A DNA stretch of 64,000 bases from Octopus sinensis (GCF_006345805.1 NC_043009.1:35464001-35528000), one strand, 5' to 3'; positions 40,448 to 53,276 are shown, counted from the stretch's first letter. Numbers and translations: made by a program. The notes: generated from the letters alone by a model not told the origin.

Positions 40448-41692
40448 CAGGGGTTCGGGCTAAGTCTGACGATACTTTATCTCCTATTTTATTCAGAAAC
40501 AGATTGATGGATTTGTGAATAGTCAATAAGATGTAGTTGGGAAAAAATTAACCAGCCTAGAAGATTTGATGTTAGCTAAATATTAGAAAAGATTTACCTG
40601 TATCATAATGATTTGGACCGGGTTGTTGGCATCATAACTATTACACAATAAACACTTTAAAGTCTGTAAGACGTGACCCTGAGCATACAAGGCTTGGGCC
40701 AGTGGAAAGTAACACAGTATGCGTTCTAACAACACCAGCACGCCGGAATTCTTCTGGCAATTGCAGGACAAGGTGATGGAATACCCGAACAAAGAGGTCG
40801 GGGCTTTACTTAGAGAAATATCTGTTGTAGTTTTCTCCATGAAGCTGGTCCTAATGGAGGAGATACGCTACCACACGTACGAGAGACACAAGGGCCTAAT
40901 TCAAACAGTCAAAGCGAAGGAGAACCGTTTGACGAATGCAAAGGATCTCCTGAACAAACAGAGGCAGCTTGTTGAGCGGAGTCATCTGATTTTTCACACA
41001 GCCAGGACCAGTTGCACAACTGAGAACTCAGAACAACAGGTGGCTTGCCTACAACCTATGTGGTGTCTCACATATCATGAAAACGGAGACCCTCCAAACT
41101 ATAATTGTCCTTCGGAGTTTCTCCAGTAAGTCCGTTCCACAACTTTGGGCAGGGTCATAGGGTTAATTAGGGTTAATTCAGACGGCTATGTAAGGCTTCT
41201 AGAGTTTGTGGTTAAAACTTAGGTAGCTGCTGGAAGGGCATCTGTGTGACAACAGGTCCCGGCTGCTCGCCATTCGACTGAAAAGTTTCATAAGTGGTTG
41301 CTGGAGAGTATTTAGACTTCACCAGTCCCAATTTCTGGATACTTAATCTTCCTGATTGTAATCCCATCGATTATTATGTGCAGGGCGCGGCTGAGATAGA
41401 CAGCGACCGCTCTACCAATAATATAAAGGCTAAGCTGGAAGATAAGACCAAGGATGTGTTCGAAGATCTTCCCAGAAACAGTGAGGAACGCAATCGCTAG
41501 GTCCCCGAACCATCTTGGGTGCGGTGGTAGAATGGTAGAGACTGAAAGTGGTAGAGACTGGTATCAACTAGACATAATATTATAAATATGCTTCTAATTT
41601 TTAAAATTCTATCATTTTTTCTTTTTTTTGGATGGCAAATTGTCGTTTCTTTTCCTTTCATGCGAGGTGTCAAATTTAGTGCAAAAATCCTG
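40448..41692 (+). mobile_element. Tc1/mariner DD37D (maT-like) transposon, decayed
   Basis: TA-CAGG...CCTG-TA termini; ORF pieces TPEF..LQD...EEIRYHTY...KENRL..AK.LLNK, GR.V.QQ(V)PA..H, DFTSPNFW.LNLPDCNPIDYYV.GA.E. The NP.DY terminal catalytic motif fits DD37D; the second catalytic D is mutated. Confidence 0.85.
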
Positions 41693-41829
41693 TATACATA
41701 CACACACACAGATACACACGCATGCAGTACAAAAACACGGACGGGCACACACACACACCCACATAACATACAAACACGCTCTCGCACATATACACTTTCA
41801 CATATGTATATATATATTATATATATACA

Positions 41830-42215
41830 TCGTGGCACTCTGTTGATTACGACAACGAGGGTTCCAGTTGATCCGATCAACAGAACAGTCTGCTCGTGAA
41901 ATTAACATGCAAGTGGCTGAGCACTCCACAGACACGTGTACCCTTAACGTAGTTTTCGGGGAGATTCAGCCTAACACAGAGCGTGACAAAGCTGGCCCTT
42001 TGAAATACATGTACAACAGAAACAGGGATAAAGAGAGAGTGAGAGAATGTTGTCGCGAAGGAGTACAGCAGGGTTCGCCACCACCCCTTGTCGGAACCAC
42101 GTGGAACTTTAGATGTTTTCACTCAATAAACACTCACAACGCCCGATCTGGGAATCGAAGCCGCGATCCTACGACCGCGAGTCCGCTGCTCTAATGACTG
42201 GGCCATTTCGCCTCC
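41830..42215 (-). mobile_element. tRNA-derived SINE: head of 23136 copy with tail of 52347 copy
   Basis: 5' ~200 nt match 23136-23320; 3' ~190 nt match 52347-52520. Confidence 0.92.
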
Positions 42216-42892
42216 ACAAACACACACACACACACACATATCGTGTCAGGTAACGGCAAAGGACGGACGAACAATTATTGGTATATTTAGTTTGGGTTAT
42301 ATCTCCTTGGTACCACGTCCTCTTAAACATCTCCTACAAAACCAAATTCATAAAATAACTACAAGACAAATCTTAGAAAGGTAATGTGTCAGAATGGACA
42401 CATTCTGAACATTAAAAGTAATACTGGAATAAAAGAATAAAAGAATTCGCTTTACTAATTTACAACTCTATGTACGTTTTCTTTTACACTTAACCATCAA
42501 TTCACCGTTCAGCCTCAGGTTAACAAAAACTCATCTCCTTATTCAACATATTCAATTCTTTAACAAGACAGAATATATGGAAAGAAAAACAAAAACAACC
42601 AAAGAGAAAAAGGTATAGAATAGCTTGTTGGTTTATCTCACCATATTCTATTGAAGTTTCTGATGTTAGCTGATTATTGCTGTGAAATCAATTATCGTCA
42701 TGGTTGCTGAAGTGATAAAAACAATTCAGAATGCAATACATACAGAAGCACACTTATACACGCAATTGCGCGCGCATACAGACATACACAAACAAGCTTA
42801 CATATATATACATGTGCACTTATATATATATACGTATAAGGTGTATATATGCATACAACTTTGCATATGTGTATATATATATACATACACAC

Positions 42893-42939
<47 letters not shown>

Positions 42940-43504
42940 CATTTATTTATAAATAAGTATGTATGTATTTATATGTACGTATGCATTATTTATATGTATG
43001 TATCTATGTATGTATGCGAGTACGTATGTATATCTTTATGTATGTCGTAAGATTACTTTAGTTTTTGGAATCCCTGAAAGGAATTATGATAGAAGGCGTC
43101 TGAGTTTTAGATTTTACTAATTTGATTTGTAGGAATTATTTGCTAACGTAAAATACAAACTTAAACTATAAGTAGATTCTTTTTCAGACATCAAACGTGT
43201 CAATGATAAACCTCATGTGATAGGGCAGATAGGATTTTGTGACAGTAAACAGAGAAAATTAGCAATGGCAGCGCACCTTGCGCTTCGATTTGATTGTTTT
43301 ATTGTTCTTGCAGATGAATTTTCTCACCACTTATCTTTCCCTCTTTTACTAAAATAACAGATTAACAACTTGCGGTCTACGAATTCATATAAATGTCTTT
43401 GCCAGGGAGTTCATTTCTTTATAGATAAGGCAGAGAAATCCTCATTACCACACCTTAATTATCACTGTTGAGAATTAGATGCAGAAAGTATCGGCTACTC
43501 AACA

Positions 43505-43588
43505 GATTGGCTATTTAAAAGAAATTACACTGTTGCCATAAATCTATTGCTCACACACAGTGCTCTGGACGGTAGAGAACACTTGACT
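43505..43588 (+). promoter_or_regulatory. Candidate core promoter/5' UTR of the peptide gene
   Basis: GATTGG (inverted CCAAT) at 43505-43510, TATTTAAAA at 43512-43520, ATG 69 nt further on, in non-repetitive DNA. CACACAG at 43554-43560 could instead be an acceptor for an upstream UTR exon. Confidence 0.4.
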
Positions 43589-43651
43589 ATGCAGCGATAC
43601 CACAGCCTAATATTATTCATCATGTTTTGTCTTTCAATTGTTTTGAGTCAG
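43589..43651 (+). CDS. Candidate secreted Cys-rich peptide, coding exon 1 (signal peptide MQRYHSLILFIMFCLSIVLSQ)
   Basis: ATG start; short n-region with R/H, 14-residue hydrophobic core, polar c-region; ends exactly at a strong donor CAG|GTTAGT in phase 0. Confidence 0.62.
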
Positions 43652-44109
43652 GTTAGTTTTTATCAAGTAGACCAATGAACGACATAGTTCTTTTCGTAAC
43701 CATTCGGCCATTTTCGTTTACACGGTACACGCAGCACAACAATATCCAAACTATTATACTTTCTGCAGATACTTGACAGTTGAGGGAGTTCTGACTCCCT
43801 CATCTGCCAAATATCTAGCATATCGATCGACGCCAACATTGTAAACTGACGTTTGATAGGTCGGTTTGCAATAGAATTACTTAAAATATATTTTATATAT
43901 GAGAGTCTGGTCTGGCAAGCAGATTGTTATTTGACATATATTTCAATGCACATACTAGGTCCGTTTCATTTCACTATAATTCTCTTGAACAAGATGTTTC
44001 GTTTTGTACCACAAATATGTATGTGTGAGTGTGTGTGTATGATTGCGTGTATTTATACATACATACATACATACATACACGTATATACATTTATATATAT
44101 ATATATGCA

Positions 44110-44162
<53 letters not shown>

Positions 44163-44406
44163 ACATATGCCATACATATAATCACATAAACGAAAATTGT
44201 ATACATAATAAATGAGTAACTAAGTTGGATTACAGTGTGCATGTTATCTAATAGAAATTATTAGAATTGATGTTGTTTATCCTACTTATCAGAAGCTTGG
44301 CTTCCGCATTATAGCACTTCCAGTTATTGTATTATTTGAAGCAGGCCTAATAACTAATATATTTGGGCTACGAGGGCGTTTCTACCCAGTCGCTTGAGCA
44401 ATTTGC

Positions 44407-44618
44407 TATTTCTTTACTACCCACAAGGGCTACACACAGAGGGGACAAACGGATTAAGTCGATTATATTGACCCCCTGTGCGTAACTGGTACTTATTTAA
44501 TCGAGCCCGAAAGGATGAAAGGCAAAGTCGACCTCGGCGGAATTTGAACTCAGAACGTAACCGCAGACGAAATACTGCTAAGCATTTCGCCCGGCGTGCT
44601 AACGATTCTACCAGCTCG
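44407..44618 (-). mobile_element. SINE family B
   Basis: Near full-length reverse homologue of 9078-9310. Confidence 0.92.
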
Positions 44619-45189
44619 AGCAATTTACAAGCGTTCAAAAAGTTCCCCGCATTATCTTTATTCTTAAACTGGATGTTTTGTTGATTTTGAATTTCAAGTA
44701 AAAATCGATTTGTCAAGAAATAATAATATTAAATTACGCTAAATACTTTATTGATGTCTTGATGCGTATTTACAACAATTTGTTTGATTTTATGTGCTGT
44801 TAAAACTCGATATGTAAGGGGTGTAATATAATAAAATAAATAGAGAGACATTTGTAAGTTTCTATACTTAGTCAATGTTTTTATGCTTTTAGTCACAAAT
44901 TATGCTGTTATGTATTATGCTGTTACGTACTAGAAAGCCATACACTGTCAGTTTCTAAAGTTAGCCGAAAGAAATACAAAACAAATTAAGTAAACATCGA
45001 GCCGACTATTCTCTAATTATAATCGCTTCTCTCAACAAACAATGAATCAGTGTTTTACAACTGTAAACCATATCAAACTACACTTCTCAGAGTTTAGTGA
45101 ATTCTTGTTTTAAATTCAAAATCAACTTGAATATGAATTGAAAGCATCAATGTTTCAATAATTATTTTTGTATATGAATCTCCACGTCT

Positions 45190-46230
45190 TAGAAGAAAGA
45201 AACCCTCGAAAATTACATTCACAGAACCGTGGCAAATGATACCACTCCTACAGCTGTCTACAAGTGCAATGCATAAAGAAAATCTGGTCTACCAGAACTG
45301 CTAATGGTCCTTATATGGTTCTTGGGGTTCTGACTCTTGTAGATGTACGTTGAAGATGGAACGAACCTGGGTACATGTTTGGCAATTTTTTTCTAAGTCC
45401 ACAGTAACTTAAATACTAAGTTAACTCCAGTTTAAGTGCTACATTGGTTCTTGTTATTGATCTGGTTTAGAAAAAGAGGGATTTCCAAGATCTCTGATGC
45501 TGGTGAGATTGCTACCGTTGTCGCCCACCGCAGGAAGGTCATGTGCAGGGACAGAATCTGAAGGACCTGGCAAAGTTATTAGAATGGGAGGAAGAGAGGA
45601 GGCTACAATACTAGTAATTCAGAGATTGAGAAATAAATTTGCAGAGTGTGACTGGGTGTTGATACCGTGATATTAGTCTGATCTATGGAGTGTAAACTAT
45701 TTTAATAGGAGTAGAAATAGTTGAGATAAGAGATAATATATAGGATAAGTTTGGGAAGGTATTTGTGACTTCATGGCACGAGCTTCGTTGGGGACGCTAC
45801 ACTGAATGAGGTTAAGGATATAGTAGTAAAATCCTAAATTTGGTATCACTACATCCATTGTGGTGTTCCCCTCAATTTTATAGACAGTTGATAATTTGCA
45901 GTAGCTAAATATATTCTGACACACAACAGAAATGTCAAACCAAGTTCTCTTAACTTTGTATGGTGCTTATCGTTGGCGGTTACAATTCGTGCCCAAGAAT
46001 TCTAATATTCTTTTGATGGACTGGTTTCTGCACGTTGATGGTGATGGTGATAGAGAAGAACCATCTTTGAGTGAAATAGGCTTGAAAAAACCATGGCAAT
46101 AAACATTTGATGTTATGTTGTTGCTGCATTTAAGTTTTTTAAGATTTTCAACTTTTCTCTTTAAATTCAAAAAACCATATCCGGAGGTAATAGAGTGACG
46201 CCAATTGAAGAGGTCTTGGATTTTAACTTC
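45190..46230 (-). mobile_element. Possible L1/Tx1-like LINE 5' part (ORF1 and start of ORF2), decayed
   Basis: Broken coding-like minus-strand frames (NLKRKVENLKK...RILEFLG..., KVKRTWFDISV) and a CNFRGF (N.RG-like) motif near 45210; weak. Confidence 0.35.
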
Positions 46231-47088
46231 TCACGATATAGTGGCGCGCTATTTTTGTAAGTAACTTGCGGTTTTTAGTTTAGTTTTTTCGAGTCTATAG
46301 CCACCAGCTTACAAAATCGATCTCAAACTTGTTAATAAATACACTTGTTTCTTCTCTGTTCTGTTTTATTATAACTCTATTTTTCTTGTTGCTTTGAAAG
46401 TAATGAAAACTGTATAACTTTTTCGTAAATTTAAGATATTATTGAAAATGTCAGTAACGCACTTACGTGATGTTTCGCTGTGTGATTTGAAATAATGACC
46501 TTTCAAATTTACGTCTGAAATGTGTAGAGAAAATTCAAACACTCATGAACAAGAGATAGTTACGGGGAGGACGGAAATAGAATCTGTGTTTAACAAGTAA
46601 AACCAAATTCTGACAAAATGTCTAATCCTGTTGTTTGCTTCGATAATCACAAGAAATATTTTCTTTATGTCATCTTCCGTAAGGTGTCAAAATCGATGAG
46701 TGAAACGCGATTTTATATTAAGGATAAGAAATCAAGTAATCATATTTAGAATTCGAATATTCGAATAATTACTGCCAATGCCGCATCTTTAAAATGCAAA
46801 CAACAAAAACATGGGCAAATAAAATACACTCAGTCAGATGTGGAGCGGGGCAAGCTGCAGGAATCATCATTAGAGATTCTGTCGAAAGCCAAATAACTGA
46901 CATCCAAATGAAGCTAACCATAAGTAAATAAATGTGATTGGGTGACAAATTACACACACGCACATACAAACAAACACACACGCGCACTCACACACACACG
47001 CGCACTCACACACACACGAGACCCACATACACTCACATAGGCGTGCATACAAATCATCATCGTTTTAACGTGTACATTTCCATACTTC

Positions 47089-47574
47089 TTTGGGTAAGAC
47101 GAGATTCTTTGAAACATTTTCCACGACCGGATGCGTTTTCAATTGCCAGTTCATCTGTTTCTAACCGAGATAATATTTCCCCAAGTTCAAGCATTTTTGA
47201 CAGAAGATCATTATGTGTGTATGTATGTATGTATGTATGTATGCTTATTTGTGTGTGTACCTGTACGTGATTGTGTATGATGTGGAAATACATATATACT
47301 TGAATATTACATATTTGGTCATCCATTACTTTCGTTGATACCCAACTCCCTATAATGAATATGTTGTTACGGAGATAAAGGCTAGCAGTGTCATGCACAC
47401 ACACACACACACACACATATATATTTATATATATATATGAATAGATATATAATATAAATAATATATATATGCTTATATATACATATACATATATTGGTAC
47501 AGGATGTCACTAACAGTACACAACAGAACATAGAATTACAGACGTAGAGAAGTTTAAGAGTACTTCTGAAAGCA

Positions 47575-47614
<40 letters not shown>

Positions 47615-47774
47615 AATTAAGGACTGAACACGAAAGGTGGACAGTCAACATGCTAGATATAGACGTCAAATCGCCATTCTCCACAAAGATTTTGTTCTCA
47701 ATAAAAATAAAATTCAGCACGACCTAAAGCAATGGATGAGACAAAGAAAAATACTAAATGGAATAATATATATA

Positions 47775-47852
<78 letters not shown>

Positions 47853-47962
47853 TATATATATATATATTATAATATATTATATATATATATCAGTGCTTTC
47901 AGAAGCACTTTTAAACTTCTCTTCGTGTGTGTTTCTGTCTGTCTGTCAAACTCTCTACCTCG

Positions 47963-48025
<63 letters not shown>

Positions 48026-49635
48026 CTCACTCTTTCCCTATGTGAAGAACAAATAATGTAAGCACTCCTGATGACCCGTTAATGATCAAGCAGAACTTGC
48101 CCAATTTTCCCTGTTTTATACAAACAGGGAATATTAACCTTGGGATTTATGTGCATATCGATGCAAAATGTATGTTTAGGAAAAGTAAACATGTCACAAT
48201 TTCTGTGTGTCTGAGTGTATTGCGTGTTTTTGTGCCTGCGTGAATGTATGAAAAGGGTGAGGAAAATCTTTGCAACACTATGGTCATTTCCATGATATTC
48301 TACAAATATGCGTCAACACTGACCTCAAATATTACGCAATACGGATATCTAAGATAGGCAGAAGACGTCATAGAAGTCCAATCGACTGCATCAATGAATG
48401 GTCTTGATTGATACTTTCTATTATCGACCCTGGAAAGATGAGAGGCGAAGTTGTTCTCTGAGCGATGTGAACTCAGAATGTTAATAGCGCGAACTATTAT
48501 AACCAAAGCTCTGTCAATTCACTGCAATAAATAATTTATGATTTATACACTCAGACATATACACACACTCACACATATACACACATGCACACATACATAC
48601 ATTACATACATATATTACATACATACAATGCCATAAAATTTGAAGAAAGAGCTGTCGATTTTATCGACCTCAGTACGTGACTAGTATTTTCTATTGAAAT
48701 CAAAGATGACTGCTAATATTGATCTCGTCAGGATTTGAACTCACACCATAGTTCAGATATGCAGGAAACAAAAGATGTAAACAGGTGAGGGGACAACAAG
48801 CATGTGTATTAATTTGACGTCGCTCGGAAAAATGGAAAAGGTTTTGACGTTTCGAGCTTGCGCTCTTCAACAGAAAGCGTCGAGAAGGAAAAAAAATGGA
48901 GACAGAACGAAAAATACGGAGAGAGAGAAAACGTGCAGTATTGACGGTTCAACATGATGAAATGATCGGAAAAATTAGTTCTTTCTTCAAATTTTATGGC
49001 CTTGTATGTATGTAATATACGTATGTAATGTATGTATGTGTGCATGTGTGTATATGTGTGAGTGTGTGTATATGTGTGAGTGTATGAATCATAAATTATT
49101 TATTGCAGTGAATTGACAGAGCTTTGGTTATAATAGTTTGTGCTATTAACGTTCTGAGTTCAAATCGCTCAGAGAACAACTTCGCCTTTCATCTTTCCAG
49201 GGTCGATAATACAAAGTAACAATCAAGACCATTCATTGATGTAGTCGATTGGACTTCTATGACGTCTTCTGCCTATCTTAGATATCCGTATTGCGTAAGA
49301 TTTGGGTAAGACGAGATTCTTTGAAACATATTTTCTACGACCGGATGCGTTTTCAATTGCCAGTTCATCTGTTTTTAACCGAGATAATATTTCCCCAAGT
49401 TCAAGCATTTTTGACAGAAGATCATTATGTGTGTATGTATGTATGTATGTATGTATGTATGTATGTATGTATGTATGTATGTATGCTTATTTGTGTGTGT
49501 ACTTGTACGTGGGTGTGTATGATGTGGAAATATATACATACTTGAATATTACATATTTGGTCATCCATTACTTTCGTTGATACCCCACTCCCTATAACGA
49601 ATATGTTGTTATGGAGATAAAGGCTAGCAGTGTCA

Positions 49636-49668
<33 letters not shown>

Positions 49669-49835
49669 AAATATATATATATATATTTATATATATATGA
49701 ATAGATATATAATATAAATAATATATATATGCTTATATATACATATACATATATTGGTACAGGACGTCACTAACAGTACACAATTACAGACGTAGAGAAG
49801 TTTAAAAGTACTTCTGAAAGCACTGATATATATAT

Positions 49836-49868
<33 letters not shown>

Positions 49869-49990
49869 CAGTGCTTTCAGAAGCACTTTTAAACTTCTCT
49901 TCGTCTTTGAAACATATTTTCTTCGACCGGATGCGTTTTCAATTGCCAGTTCATCTGTTTCTAACCGAGATAATATTTCCCCAAGTTCAA
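47089..49990. repeat. Local duplication cluster: direct copies 47089-47921, 49301-49899, partial 49905-49990
   Basis: TTTGGGTAAGACGAGATTCTTTGAAACAT through GAAAGCA.TGATA is repeated nearly identically, including internal microsatellites. Confidence 0.95.
48326..49304. repeat. Inverted repeat, ~325-bp arms with ~330-bp spacer
   Basis: 48326-48650 is the reverse complement of 48980-49304 (e.g. ACGCAATACGGATATCTAAGATAGGCAGAAGACGTCATAGAAGTCCAATCGACT and its mirror). Confidence 0.95.
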
Positions 49991-50132
49991 GATAATAATG
50001 GTGGCCCGGCTGAAATAGAGTGCGTAAGCGCGTGTGTGTATGGGTTTAAGTGACCCAGTGCGTGCAGTGTGCCTATGGTCGTGTGTATATATGTGTGAGG
50101 CTGTGTATAATATGAGGTTACATATATATATA

Positions 50133-50177
<45 letters not shown>

Positions 50178-51309
50178 TATATATATATACATACATATAC
50201 ATATATATATACATATATAAAAAATATGTATATATATATTTATATACATAGTTGAAAAGTGTTTAAAAATCCCTACAAATCAAATTTTTTAGCTAAAGTA
50301 TAAAGGTGGAAACAGCACGAATGTACTTTTAGCGATTGTTTTATATTTTTTACATTGAGTAACTTTTATAAAATATTATCGGTTTTGATATGCATGCGCA
50401 TCTTATTAAGCATTGAATTCAATAGCAAATTTCTATTCAGGATATGACCAGCTCTCTGTGTGTGTGTGTGTCTGTGTTTGCGTGTGTGTCTTGCTTTTTG
50501 ATGTATGTATGCATTTTGGAGGAGGAAATATTTTTGCGTCAAAATATTTTTGATTTCTTTTTATTCGAAAACTGGTCAGCTCCAAATTCTGTGTTAAATG
50601 GGTTTCAATAATGTGGTGGGGGGGAGGCAATTATTTTATTGAATTAACAATTAACAAATTCCGTTTCTATCGAGAATATGCTCAACTGCATGGTCAACAA
50701 TTGAATTGAAAGTGTTCAGAAAGAAATATTCTTCCTCTGCTTTGTAGTATGTGTGTGTATGTGCGCGTGCGTGCGTACCTGTGTCTATGTGTGAGTGTCT
50801 TTGTTTAACTTTTGTGGTTTGTTTTTTCTGGTGTGCGTGTGTATGTGTGTTTGTATTTTATGGTGTGTGTGTGAGCATGTGCTTTTTGTAGTGTGCGTGT
50901 GTGTGTGTTTTTAGTAGTGTGTATGTATTTGTATTGTTGTTTGGAAATGTGTTGTTTCACTTTTAGTAATATTTTTGTGCGATTGTAATTATGTATTGTG
51001 TGTGTATGATCGTTTCTTATTTGCGGTGCATGTCTGTTTTTTTTGTGGTGAGTGTATGTTTTGTTTTCAGTGGTGTCTGCGTTTTGTTTGGGGAATATGT
51101 TTAGGGGTGGGGGGAATATGTTGTTTTCTATGTGGGGTGGGGGTAATTGCTTTCCTCTGTATGTGTATGTGTGAGTGTGTTTTGTCTTTTGGGAATATAT
51201 TGTTTTGTAGAAGGAATTATTTGTGTCAGAAATTTATTGAATAGCAGAATTATTTATGAATGTGTTCGTAAACTATAAATCCTTATTTATTAATGTTGGA
51301 TGTTTCTAT

Positions 51310-51590
51310 ATTTAATGGTGGTTTATATTGGTTAATGATTTTTTTTCCTTATTTATTCTCTGTCGTTGAGCGAAAGAGTTCGAGCAATTGTACAGGGGAG
51401 TGATTTTAAAGTTGGGTAAGTCTATTCTTGCACAATCTCCAATATGACTACTGATTTGTTTGGTAAATATTATTTTTTGGATTGTGTGTTGCACTTCGCT
51501 TCTGTCCAACCACAGTGCAAAACGCTTGTTATTGTTGAAAAGAATCCGTTTCTTATTACACGTAACAATACGATGCAAAAATGGTTCGCT
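51310..51590 (-). mobile_element. Penelope-like GIY-YIG C-terminal fragment
   Basis: ORF 51312..51578: ...QISSHIGDCARIDLPNFKITPLYNC.N.F.QRQ, similar to the tails at 17900-18030 and 37985-38180. Confidence 0.65.
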
Positions 51591-51594
51591 TTAA

Positions 51595-52165
51595 TGCCGT
51601 GACCGCAAAAAGCAGCATGTTTCAGGACGACGTGTCAGTTGATGCTCGTTCAGGTCGTGTGATACACACTTGTCCAGTTTTGTTTCAGATGGTCCAGTAC
51701 AGTTGGAATCGAAACATCAAATCTTGCTGGTAACTGACACGTAGTCTGAGATGTATCCGCTTCCACTACAGTTTCCAGATCATCATTATCCACCTTGGTA
51801 TCAGGTCTCTCACGAGGAAGATTCTCAAGAGTAAAGTCACCAGACCGGAATTTATCAAAACATCAACGTACAGTGCGCTCATTCGCTACATCTTCACCAA
51901 ACACCTCACTGATGTTTCAAGCTGTCTAGGATGCAATGGTTCTACGACGGATCTCATATTCATAAACAACACGAATTGTTGATCTATCGATGTGCCCACA
52001 AAAATTGATTTCAACAGAAAACTTACAATATAATCGGAGACCATGATTTGCATTTCGAAAAGTGTTACTCTTCAAAGTTGTTAAACAAAGAATTAAAAGA
52101 ATCAAACATTAAAGTTTACAACTGTCAAACTTGGTGCATAAATAATTTCGTCCTTAATGACCTGG
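51595..52165 (-). mobile_element. mariner transposon 5' remnant (HTH domain)
   Basis: Minus strand reads DRSTIRVVYEYE.RR.TIAS.TA.NISEVFGEDVANERTVR.CF.KFRSGDF.LEN.PR.RP.TKVDNDDL..VVEAD.SQTT, a typical mariner N-terminus. Confidence 0.88.
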
Positions 52166-52346
52166 TCCTTGTTTCTTTCTGCGTTCATTTCTGTTGAAGA
52201 GCGTAGGCTCGAAACGTAAAAGACTTTTTCAATTCCTGAGCGTTATACTAATACATCTATTTGTTTTCTACACCACCTGTCTTCGTTTTTTGTTTTTTCG
52301 TGAACTCTCACCTGATATATATATATATATATATATATTTTAAAAA

Positions 52347-52662
52347 GACTCCGCCGGTTACGACGACGAGGGTCCCAGCTGATACGATCAATGGAACAGC
52401 TTGCTCGTGAAATTAACGTGCAAATGGCTGAGCATCCACAGACACGTGTACCCTTAACGTAGTTCTCGGGGATAATCAGCGTGGCACAGAGAGTGACAAG
52501 GCTGACCCTGAAATACAAGTACAACTCATTTTTGCCAGCTGAGTGGACTGGAGCAACGTGAAATAAAGTGTCGTGCTCAAGGACACAACGCGTCGCCGGG
52601 AATCGAACTCACAACCTTACGATCATGAGCCGAATGCCCTAACCACTAAGCCACGCGCCCTC
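52347..52662 (-). mobile_element. tRNA-derived SINE (second head type with shared tail)
   Basis: Head GAGGGCGCGTGGCTTAGTGGTTAGGG..GAGTTCGATTCCC; body TGTGTCCTTGAGCACGACACTTTATTTCACGTTGCTCCAG; tail matches the 41830 copy. Confidence 0.92.
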
Positions 52663-52718
52663 ACATATATATATATATATATATAATATATACATACATA
52701 CATACATACATACATACA

Positions 52719-52752
<34 letters not shown>

Positions 52753-52764
52753 CATATATACATA

Positions 52765-53065
52765 TTGCTGTATTTCGGAATGGTCATTTTGCCAGTTTAG
52801 CCAATAAAAACACACGTACTATATATTTGGTGTTACTTTGCTTCAGTGTTATTTATTTTTTACATTAAACTTAATCTTATTTCGGCCAGAGTTCTTTTGT
52901 CACACTCCTATGACCGCATCAGTAGTGTGACGAAAGACCTCTGGTCGATATAAGATTAAGTTTAATGTAAAAAATAAATAACACTGAAGCAAAGTAACAC
53001 CAAATATATAGTGCGTGTGTTTTTATTGGCCAAATTGGCAAAATGACCATTCCGAAATACAACAA
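52765..53065. mobile_element. Fully palindromic ~300-bp MITE with TA TSD
   Basis: TTGCTGTATTTCGGAATGGTCATTTTGCCA... mirrors ...TGGCAAAATGACCATTCCGAAATACAACAA over ~140 bp with a ~14-16-nt loop; flanked by TA. Confidence 0.88.
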
Positions 53066-53120
53066 TAACTGTTTCAACACACGATTTCACATAAAAATCT
53101 TGCACAACAAATATATAAAC

Positions 53121-53164
<44 letters not shown>

Positions 53165-53183
53165 ATATGTACATATATATATG

Positions 53184-53246
<63 letters not shown>

Positions 53247-53276
53247 GTGTATGTATGTACGTATGTATGTATATAT

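Noticed and set aside
40583-40840. Minus-strand ORF ending at a donor-like CAG|GTAAAT
   Set aside because: It is the antisense of the DD37D transposase remnant.
48128-48184. Phase 0-0 cassette exon candidate in intron 1 (GILTLGFMCISMQNVCLGK)
   Set aside because: It lies in repeat-like sequence, and inclusion would disrupt the signal-cleavage context and add unpaired Cys. Only RNA-seq could rescue it.
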